DNA from: a virus
Lineage: Duplodnaviria > Caudoviricetes
Virus record (IMG/VR): IMGVR_UViG_3300020045_021433
Coordinates: 1 to 42,006 of that record
Strand: one strand, 5' to 3'
Length of the DNA stretch: 42,006 nucleotides
This document shows positions 9,431 through 16,662 of this stretch, piece by piece. The notes under the pieces are model-generated. The model worked only from the letters and a program-made list of their open reading frames with translations. It did no database searches and had not been told where the DNA came from. Position 1 is the first letter of the stretch; each line of letters opens with the position of its first letter. The position numbers and the translations under genes are program-made.

Positions 9431-9940
9431 ATGAAAAAAATTATTTTGTTATTGTTGTTGGTTTCGGGGTTTGTGAATGCACAGGAATGTGATTTTAAAA
9501 TAAATGAGTTTGATGCTTTTACTAAATTAAAAAAGACTGAAACAAAACGGCAAGTTGTTGCTGTAACTACATCTACCGGCATTTATTTTTCTTTTTTTAA
9601 AAACAACTATACTTATCTTAAGGTAGGTTATCATACATCAGGAATAAAATCAATTGTTGTGGGTACTGATAATAAAATTAGTTTGATGTTACTAGACGAC
9701 TCCCTTATTGAATTATCTCCGTTAGAAATATATATGGGAGAATTTAATTCTTTAAATGATACTGATATAACTGTAAAATATATAATTACTATTGATGATA
9801 TAAAGAAAATTAGAAGTGTTGGTATTAAAAAAATTAGATTTAATTCTACTAAATATTATTATGATTTTGACGTGAAAAAAGAAAAATGGATTGAAAAATT
9901 AAATAATAATATTGATTGTTTTATTAAAGAAACTAACTAA
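9431..9940 (+). CDS. Exported moron protein (signal peptide), possible superinfection exclusion
   Basis: MKKIILLLLLVSGFVNA-Q signal peptide; very AT-rich; start reassigned to ATG 9431. Confidence 0.7.
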   Translation: MKKIILLLLLVSGFVNAQECDFKINEFDAFTKLKKTETKRQVVAVTTSTGIYFSFFKNNYTYLKVGYHTSGIKSIVVGTDNKISLMLLDDSLIELSPLEIYMGEFNSLNDTDITVKYIITIDDIKKIRSVGIKKIRFNSTKYYYDFDVKKEKWIEKLNNNIDCFIKETN

Positions 9941-10044
9941 TGACCTACATTCCCAGATACAAAAATCCAAAAATAAGAAATTGGTTCTTTCGAGTCCTGA
10001 TTGCAATGATCTTGATTGCGGCAATAAAAAAACTCCTATCGTGA
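9940..10044 (+). CDS. 34-aa basic/hydrophobic peptide
   Basis: MTYIPRYKNPKIRNWFFRVLIAMILIAAIKKLLS; ATG overlaps previous stop. Confidence 0.45.
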   Translation: MTYIPRYKNPKIRNWFFRVLIAMILIAAIKKLLS

Positions 10045-10129
10045 TGATAGGAGTTTTTTTTATCGGGGCAGATGTGCCCCGATATTTGTAATCTTGGCGA
10101 GGAGAATTATCCTCGCCAAGATTACAAAT
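10026..10129. terminator. Three abutting perfect hairpins, first is a bidirectional terminator
   Basis: Stems of 15, 10 and 20 bp at 10026-10060, 10061-10084, 10084-10129 between convergent genes. Confidence 0.8.
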
Positions 10130-10658
10130 CCATTTTAGTTTGATTGTTATTTGCTTTCCATTCTTCAAAAGTTGTTTTTCTAAAAACATCTCGTTCAGTT
10201 CTGATTTCCCTCAAAAGTTTTTCAGCATTTTTGAAATGATTTCGAGCTTCAACTTCCTTATCTACAAAATCATTTAGTCTTCTTTCCTTTTCTTCTATAA
10301 AAACAGCGTGCTCTGTGAAATAATTATAAAGAGCATCATAACATAAGTTTTTGTAAACTTTCAATGCTTCTCTAATTTCTTCTTTTACACTTTTAGATGA
10401 AATTCCAAATAACCATCCTAAAACATATTTTAATGGAATGCAGGACATTTTATATTCTTTTCCATCTGCTCCAGTTGTGGGGCAGAGCTCCATAACTGAA
10501 CATAAAATATCGTCATCTTTCATTTTTTGTAATTGACCGGAATAATCAATTCCAAGTGCTTCACAAATTGGTTTTACAGGTACAAATTTTTGTCCTGATT
10601 CGTCGATTACAATTACAATTCCTTGATTGTTGATTGTCGAAATTAATTCTGTACTCAT
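10122..10658 (-). CDS. Phage antirepressor (P22 Ant N-terminal domain)
   Basis: FVPVKPICEALGIDYSGQLQK...GADGKEYKMSCIPLKYVLGWLFGI. Confidence 0.88.
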   Translation of the reverse strand: MSTELISTINNQGIVIVIDESGQKFVPVKPICEALGIDYSGQLQKMKDDDILCSVMELCPTTGADGKEYKMSCIPLKYVLGWLFGISSKSVKEEIREALKVYKNLCYDALYNYFTEHAVFIEEKERRLNDFVDKEVEARNHFKNAEKLLREIRTERDVFRKTTFEEWKANNNQTKMDL

Positions 10659-10671
10659 AATAAATTGTTTT

Positions 10672-10775
10672 TAAAAGAAAACCCCTAAAGGCCGCCACAG
10701 CACTTTAAGGGTTTCTTATTGGTAAATAATTACCATATATTTTACATAGTGTGACGGTACTACAGTACAAATATA
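10672..10775 (-). promoter_or_regulatory. Antirepressor promoter and attenuator-like leader RNA
   Basis: TATATTTG (minus strand, 10768-10775); leader CCGTCACA complementary to loop TGTGGCGG of a U-tailed hairpin before the ATG. Confidence 0.6.
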
Positions 10776-10896
10776 CATTAATCTATGGATAAACAATACG
10801 TTTTATAATAATTTATCAATTAATCTATGTATATAGTGATTATTTCGCAAATTTTTTTGGGGTATTTGCACTATTGTATTATTTAATAAACTACTT

Positions 10897-11040
10897 TAGC
10901 TTTGCGAAACCATTTAAAACAGAAACATTATGTTTCAACAAATTCAGTTAAATAATCCACCCACAGCATCGAAGTTCGGAGTAAGACCGAATATCTTCAA
11001 GTTTTTCTTGGTTTCGCAGTCTTTGTTGTGGGCTTATTTA
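10897..11040 (+). ncRNA. Promoter plus structured CI/C4-like antisense RNA 1
   Basis: TAGCTTTG -7 box; stem CCCACAGCA/TGTTGTGGG, inner hairpin, bulge TCTTGGTTTCGCA complementary to 10903-10912 and 11055-11067. Confidence 0.6.
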
Positions 11041-11091
11041 AAAATTCTCAAAAATGCGAAACCAAGAGAACCAAAACGAGCTCACGCTTGA
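10930..11091 (+). CDS. Possible 53-aa leader ORF running through RNA 1
   Basis: MFQQIQLNNPPTASKFGVRPNIFKFFLVSQSLLWAYLKILKNAKPREPKRAHA; overlaps the 11054 start out of frame. Confidence 0.3.
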   Translation: MFQQIQLNNPPTASKFGVRPNIFKFFLVSQSLLWAYLKILKNAKPREPKRAHA

Positions 11092-11335
11092 GCAAGCAAT
11101 TCTACCAGTAGTAGATTGCAAAATCAACTTCCGTAACCAACGAAAGTTGCTTCACGAAATGTTTACTTTAGCCGTATCTAATGCTCCAGATGATGAGTCT
11201 GATAACTGGACGGCGAAACAAATCACTCCCTTTTATTTGGCTTTGTGCCAGTTATTGGAAAACCTTGATGATATTGACCAAGTTCACGCGGACAATATTA
11301 TTATGTGTATGGATAATTTAACAAAAAAACATTAA
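11054..11335 (+). CDS. Small helical protein, paralogue B
   Basis: LHEMFTLAVSNAPDDESDNWTA...YLALCQLLEN shared with 9160-9366. Confidence 0.8.
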   Translation: MRNQENQNELTLEQAILPVVDCKINFRNQRKLLHEMFTLAVSNAPDDESDNWTAKQITPFYLALCQLLENLDDIDQVHADNIIMCMDNLTKKH

Positions 11336-11361
11336 CCCCAATTTATTAATGGGGGAATACC

Positions 11362-11515
11362 TATATTTGCACTGACCAATCATTATGCATACGAAGAGTA
11401 CTCCTTGTTAAGATTCTTAACACGGGAGTTCTCAGGTTTCGGGTAGCGGGAAAAAAAACCGTCCGACTTCATTCTTCGTGTGTGATTGGTCAAGCCGTAA
11501 AGGGGATTCCCCTGT
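11362..11515 (+). ncRNA. Promoter plus structured RNA 2
   Basis: TATATTTG -7 box; 5' TGACCAATCA..CATACGAAGA pairs with TCTTCGTGTG-TGATTGGTCA; internal hairpins 11395-11433, 11439-11466, 11501-11513. Confidence 0.6.
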
Positions 11516-11537
11516 TTTGGATTTTAAACAATTTATT

Positions 11538-11783
11538 ATGGATATACCTATTTTAGATTACAAACCAGAAGTCAAAAGACTCATTTCAGAGAACTACGAA
11601 CCGGCTGATGTTTTATCGAAAGAATTTAAAAAAACCACTTTTGAACTCCTTGTCGGTTTTTCGAGTATTCTTCCACCTAATTCTATTGATGAAAATTTAC
11701 TGTATGAAGTTCTCACGGAAATGGGTTTCGAACCAAAAGAAGAAGATCCATTGGTTTTCTTTTGGTATTTTAGAAGGAAATAG
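11538..11783 (+). CDS. Hypothetical protein
   Basis: ATG 11538 after an A/T-rich initiation region; followed by terminator. Confidence 0.7.
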   Translation: MDIPILDYKPEVKRLISENYEPADVLSKEFKKTTFELLVGFSSILPPNSIDENLLYEVLTEMGFEPKEEDPLVFFWYFRRK

Positions 11784-11813
11784 AAAATAATTCACTTATA
11801 AGTTAACTTTCAC

Positions 11814-11835
11814 CACGCTTTCGGGCGTGTTTTTT
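11814..11835 (+). terminator. Intrinsic terminator
   Basis: CACGC-TTTCGG-GCGTG-TTTTTT. Confidence 0.7.
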
Positions 11836-11891
11836 ATGCTTTAAAGTCAATAAAATCGAGCCAAATGTTAAAGTTTTAAAATAATTAAAAA

Positions 11892-11939
11892 ATAATATAC
11901 CAAACTTGGTATATTATATAAATTAACGTCGTATATTTG
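11892..11939 (+). promoter_or_regulatory. Palindromic operator overlapping a promoter
   Basis: ATAATATACCAA-AC-TTGGTATATTAT (11892-11917) then TATATTTG (11932-11939). Confidence 0.7.
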
Positions 11940-12019
11940 TACAAGAGTTAAGGAAGTGATTCACACGGCAAACTTTAAAAAGGAGATCGGCAACTTCACA
12001 ACAAACGGCAAAAATTAAA

Positions 12020-12364
12020 ATGAAAACTTTAGTATTAAATTCAATCACAAAAAAAGCTTCTAAAAACTTTGAAAATAACGTTTCAAAATTATTACCTGAA
12101 GGAGTAAATGAAATTTATCTATCCTCTTGTGGAATGGAAAGAGTTGGAGCAGGTTCATATAATTATTTTTTAGAATTTAAAATTAACGATATTGAATATT
12201 TAAAATTAAAAAAGTTTACCCATAGTTCTCCTGCTTGGGATGAATGGAAAGATATTGAGGCAGGTACAAGAAAGCACGATAACTTTAATAAATCAGTTGC
12301 TTTAATGATCTTAGAAGATTGTAAAAATGAAATTGAAGAATATTTAACAGAAGAAAATGAGTAA
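12020..12364 (+). CDS. Hypothetical protein
   Basis: 114 aa, AT-rich, first gene of a two-gene operon. Confidence 0.7.
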   Translation: MKTLVLNSITKKASKNFENNVSKLLPEGVNEIYLSSCGMERVGAGSYNYFLEFKINDIEYLKLKKFTHSSPAWDEWKDIEAGTRKHDNFNKSVALMILEDCKNEIEEYLTEENE

Positions 12365-12671
12365 TCAAAATCAAAACAAAAACAAAAACGAGCAATGGAT
12401 GTTGCTCGTTTTACTTCTCGATGAAATTAGACAGGAAAAAAAGGTATCAATCAATGAAATTGCTTTAAGATCAGAAATGCTACAAGGTCACGTTTCACGT
12501 TTTTTCTCTTGCAAATTTGAACCCAAACTTTCTACTTTTCTAAAAATTGCCAGAGCAATCAAGGTAAATTTTTTCTTTGAAGATCAGGAAGACAAATCAG
12601 ATCTAAACCAATGCTTCGAACGCGCAATGGAAAGTTTAGGAAGGCGAGTAGATAAATTACCAAAAAATTAA
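12357..12671 (+). CDS. XRE-family HTH regulator
   Basis: IRQEKKVSINEIALRSEMLQGHVSRFFSCKFEPKLSTFLKIARAI. Confidence 0.85.
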   Translation: MSNQNQNKNKNEQWMLLVLLLDEIRQEKKVSINEIALRSEMLQGHVSRFFSCKFEPKLSTFLKIARAIKVNFFFEDQEDKSDLNQCFERAMESLGRRVDKLPKN

Positions 12672-12692
12672 TCAACCTACAAGTTGATTTTT

Positions 12693-12718
12693 AACCACTC
12701 TCCCCGAGTGGTTTTTTT
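12693..12718 (+). terminator. Intrinsic terminator
   Basis: AACCACTC-TCCCC-GAGTGGTTTTTTT. Confidence 0.8.
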
Positions 12719-12719
12719 A

Positions 12720-12754
12720 TGTCCTTTTGCCAAACCCCACAAATCCCGAATTTG
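12720..12754 (+). promoter_or_regulatory. Putative late promoter
   Basis: TGTCCTTTT...CGAATTTG restarts the tail operon after the island. Confidence 0.55.
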
Positions 12755-12771
12755 CATCAAAATTCAAGGAT

Positions 12772-13254
12772 ATGGCTACTACAGATTTCGAAGCAGAAGA
12801 AAAGAAAATAGGCACAGCCGCAGGAAAGGCATTGACAGCTTCTTTTCAGAATCAAATAAAAAAAATGTTTGATCGTCGTTCTGGCAATTTAGAAAAAACA
12901 AATGTTAGACCTCGTTACAAAGAGGGGCGTCTTGATCGCCTGGTTATTTCTTCTCCAAAATATTCATTCACCACGCATTACGGATCTGACAAAAAAGGCG
13001 ATACACCCGAAACTACTCGAAAAAGTGCAGAAGTTCGAAGTTTTGCCCGCCATTTAGAAAATTCAGTAATGGATCACCAAGTCAAAGCCCATACAAGAGC
13101 CGGAGGAACCGTTCAGGCTCACATCAAAGGAATCGATTACCGAGCAACAAATCATATTGCGAAAGCTTTGAAAGCTACTAACGCTCTGGAAGTGTTGGGA
13201 ACTCAGCTAGGAAATAATCGCGCAATTAAAATTCTTTCATCATTTGATTGGTAA
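12772..13254 (+). CDS. Basic structural protein (possible neck/tail completion)
   Basis: RRSGNL and HYGS motifs; precedes tape measure; ATG 12772. Confidence 0.5.
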   Translation: MATTDFEAEEKKIGTAAGKALTASFQNQIKKMFDRRSGNLEKTNVRPRYKEGRLDRLVISSPKYSFTTHYGSDKKGDTPETTRKSAEVRSFARHLENSVMDHQVKAHTRAGGTVQAHIKGIDYRATNHIAKALKATNALEVLGTQLGNNRAIKILSSFDW

Positions 13255-13257
13255 ATT

Positions 13258-16200
13258 ATGAGTGCAGAAAACATAAACAGAAGATTAAACATCTACATCA
13301 ACGACAAAGAAGTCGTGAATTCTATGGGTGGCATCACCCGAGGAATGAATCAAACACGTAATGCTATTCGCAACCTAGAAAAAGGTACTGAAAATTATGA
13401 TGTAAAATTAAAAGCACTGAAAGAAACTTATAAAAAACTTTCGGAAGAGCAAGCCAAAACAAAGGCTGAAATTTCCGAAATGCCCAGTCTTTTACAAAAA
13501 GTAAAAAACTCACTTGGTCCCGTTGCATCAGGAATGATTGCAGCGTTTTCCATTGGTTCATTGGTAAGTGGAGCAATGGCAGCGTTAGGCAATGCCAAAA
13601 GAGTAATATTCGAATTTGAGCAAGGTCTAGCTGATTTGAGTGCCATTACCGGAGCATCAGGAAAAGATTTAGAGTTTCTTAAAAATTCAGCCATAACTCT
13701 TGGTGAAACTACACAAGGAGGAGCTGTTGCCGTTGTCGAAGCTTACAAACTTATCGCCAGTGCAAAACCTGAATTACTTAGTAATGTTGAAGCTCTGAAC
13801 TCAGTTACGGAGGCGACTCTTTTACTTGCCAAAGCATCAGGAATGGAAATGCCTTTGGCAGCCACAAAATTAACGGATGCAATGAACCAGTTTGGAGCAC
13901 CTGCTGATGAAGCTGCAAAATATGTTGATGTTCTTGCTGCGGGTGCTAAATATGGTGCTGCCGAAATTCCTCAATTAACCGATGCGATATTAGAATTTGG
14001 AGCTGTTGCCAAAGTTTCAAATGTTGATATTAAAGAAAGTGTTGGTTTAGTAGAACTTTTGGCCGAAAAAGGACTAAAAGGAGCACAAGCTGGAAATGCT
14101 ATTAAAAATATTTTATTAGAAGTAAATAGCGGTTTCACAACCTCGGAAGCAAGGGATGAACTCGACAGATATGGTATTTCTTGGCAAACTTTAAAAGACA
14201 AATCAATTCCTTTTTCTGAAAAACTGGAAATGTTAAAGCCATTATTGGCTGATACAAATTCGATTGTAAACACGTTCAAAAAGGAAAATGCAGCCGCTGC
14301 CATTTCTTTAATCGAAAATACAACCCGATTAAAAGAATTGACTTCTCAAGTAGGTGAATTTGGCGTTGCAGAAGCTCAGGCGGCCATCAAAATGGATACG
14401 GTAAACAATAAAACTGAACTTTTGAAAAGCAAATATGATTCCTTAATTATTTCGATAGGAAATGGAAAAGGTGTCGTTTCTGAATTTTTTAAGTTTTTTA
14501 TTGATGGAGCGTCCAACGGAATTACAATGCTTAATAGAATGAATTCCTCTTGGAATGAAATCTATGGCAAAGCCGCCGCAAAAGGAAAAACTTTAGGAGA
14601 ATCTGATTTCGAAAAAAGAATGCAATCAGCAGGATTTGCCACTTCGACTGATGTTGAAAAAGCAAATATGGTTCTTGATAAAGCCTTGGCTGAAAGAACT
14701 GAATTATTGAAGCGAAAAAACGAAAATAATAAAAAAGTACTCGAACATACAGGCGAAAAAGCTTATTTAGGTCTTTTTGGAGAAGCTGGAGCTTCCAAAA
14801 GAGCAAAAGCAGAACAGGAACAATTAATCTTAGATATTGCTGCTCGTGATGCCATTATTAGAAAAGCAAAAGCTAAAATGAATCCTTTGAAAAACGATTC
14901 TGGATCTTCAACTTCAGAATTACCACTTTCTGTAGACGAGGCAAAGGCAGCCGATGCAGCCGCAAAAAAACGTGAAAAATCTATTGAAGATCGTAAAAAA
15001 CACTCTGAGGAATTAAAAAAAGAGCTTGAAACATCCCAAAAAGAATTATTGACTTCACAACGTGCAGGTCAAGATGCTGAATTTGCAGGGCAAAAGGAAA
15101 GTTACGACAAAGAATTAGGCCTTTTAAATGAGGAATACGACCGCAAAATTGAGGATACTAAGATAAAAGTTTCAGCACTTCAAGCGGAAATTGCCAAGCT
15201 AAATACGGATGCAAAAGACCCGAAAAATACAAAAGAAGATACAGATGTAATCAAGGCTACAATTGCTTCTAAAATTGCAGCCCAAAAAGAATATACAGGA
15301 ACTTTAGTTTCGATAGAACAACAGAGAGGCTTAAAAATTGGTACACTTCAGGAAAAGTATCTTGAAAAATCATTCCAAAAAGAGCAGGAAGATCACGCTA
15401 GAAAGATTCTTCTTTTAAAAACTGATCAGGACAATCAATTAGCAGGGATAACTACTTTGGCGCAGGCAAAAGAGATTCTTTCAGCTACGATGTCAGAAAA
15501 AGAACTTAGAGGAGTAACCACGCTAGAAGAAGCTAAAAAAATAATAAAAGCAAATTACTTAAAAGAGCAATTAAAATTAGAACTCGAAAACCTTGATAAA
15601 ATAGTAACTTCTTATAAAGCAGCTCTTGATGTTGATTCTCCAGGTTTTATTCTTTTATCCGATGAAGAAAAAGACAAATTAACCGCCGCTCTTGATGAAG
15701 CTAATGCCAAAATTGCTGCTCTAAAATTAACAATGTCTGGCGGTGAAGATCCAGTAGCAAAAGAAAAAGGTGGTGATGTAGATATTTTAGGATTTACGAA
15801 AGATCAATGGTCAGAAGCATTTACAAATATTGATTCTTTAGAGGGAGCCCTTTCTGCTGTAATGATGGTAACTCAGTCATTGACTACGGCTTTTTCTGCA
15901 TATTTTAAATTCCTTGAAGCAGGAGAAGCTCGTCAACTTCAAAAATTTCAAAAATCAGCTGATGGTAAAAAGAAAGCGCTTGCCGATCAGTTGGAAAAAG
16001 GCATAATTACTCAAGAAGTATATAATGCAAGAATGGCAAAAATAGACCAGGATCTAGCCAAGAAAAAAGCAGAGATTGAATACAAGCAAGCTAAACGCCA
16101 GAAACAAATGGCACTTGTAAACGCTTTTATTGGTACTGCTGTAGCGGTAATTAATGCTTTATCTACTCAGCCAGTATGGGCAGGGATAGCGATGGGAGCA

Positions 16201-16659
16201 ATTATTGGAACAATGGGGGCATTGAATATTGCCACGATTGCCAAGCAACCTCTTCCGGATAAAAGCGGTTTCTACGATGGTGGGTACACGGGTTCAGGAA
16301 ACGAACGCAATTCTCCTGGTCCTGTTCATTACGATGAATATGTAGTTCCTAAAAAAGTGCTTTTTTCTAATGATCCGGTTGTGCCTAACATCGTAGGTTA
16401 TCTCGAAGCAAAACGCACCGGAAAACAGCCTACTATTCAAGATGATTCCGGTTCCGCATCAGCAACGAGTCAAGGTGGTTCTGCTAGTGCTTCTACTGAT
16501 CTGCAACTTATAAATGCTTTCAATAGAAATTCAGCAATTCTCGAAAAAATAGAAGACGAAGGTCTGCAAGCTTATTTGGTCAATGATTATCAGGCAGCCA
16601 AAAAAATGAGAGACAAAATCAAAGAAGTGACAAAATTAGAAACTAACGCAAAACCTTAA
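13258..16659 (+). CDS. Tail tape measure protein (TP901-like core)
   Basis: 1133 aa, Ala-rich and coiled-coil; FEQGLADLSAITGASG...VDVLAAGA core; C-terminal TM-like region and GFYDGGYTG...VHYDEYV motif. Confidence 0.93.
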   Translation: MSAENINRRLNIYINDKEVVNSMGGITRGMNQTRNAIRNLEKGTENYDVKLKALKETYKKLSEEQAKTKAEISEMPSLLQKVKNSLGPVASGMIAAFSIGSLVSGAMAALGNAKRVIFEFEQGLADLSAITGASGKDLEFLKNSAITLGETTQGGAVAVVEAYKLIASAKPELLSNVEALNSVTEATLLLAKASGMEMPLAATKLTDAMNQFGAPADEAAKYVDVLAAGAKYGAAEIPQLTDAILEFGAVAKVSNVDIKESVGLVELLAEKGLKGAQAGNAIKNILLEVNSGFTTSEARDELDRYGISWQTLKDKSIPFSEKLEMLKPLLADTNSIVNTFKKENAAAAISLIENTTRLKELTSQVGEFGVAEAQAAIKMDTVNNKTELLKSKYDSLIISIGNGKGVVSEFFKFFIDGASNGITMLNRMNSSWNEIYGKAAAKGKTLGESDFEKRMQSAGFATSTDVEKANMVLDKALAERTELLKRKNENNKKVLEHTGEKAYLGLFGEAGASKRAKAEQEQLILDIAARDAIIRKAKAKMNPLKNDSGSSTSELPLSVDEAKAADAAAKKREKSIEDRKKHSEELKKELETSQKELLTSQRAGQDAEFAGQKESYDKELGLLNEEYDRKIEDTKIKVSALQAEIAKLNTDAKDPKNTKEDTDVIKATIASKIAAQKEYTGTLVSIEQQRGLKIGTLQEKYLEKSFQKEQEDHARKILLLKTDQDNQLAGITTLAQAKEILSATMSEKELRGVTTLEEAKKIIKANYLKEQLKLELENLDKIVTSYKAALDVDSPGFILLSDEEKDKLTAALDEANAKIAALKLTMSGGEDPVAKEKGGDVDILGFTKDQWSEAFTNIDSLEGALSAVMMVTQSLTTAFSAYFKFLEAGEARQLQKFQKSADGKKKALADQLEKGIITQEVYNARMAKIDQDLAKKKAEIEYKQAKRQKQMALVNAFIGTAVAVINALSTQPVWAGIAMGAIIGTMGALNIATIAKQPLPDKSGFYDGGYTGSGNERNSPGPVHYDEYVVPKKVLFSNDPVVPNIVGYLEAKRTGKQPTIQDDSGSASATSQGGSASASTDLQLINAFNRNSAILEKIEDEGLQAYLVNDYQAAKKMRDKIKEVTKLETNAKP

Positions 16660-16662
16660 ATT

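Noticed and set aside
11478-11537. GTG-start extension of the 11538 gene
   Set aside because: Falls within structured RNA 2; ATG 11538 has the better initiation context
11960-12015. Type III toxin-antitoxin RNA repeat array
   Set aside because: Repeats are only 6 nt with uneven spacing, no terminator before the gene, and the protein is not recognisably ToxN/CptN/TenpN
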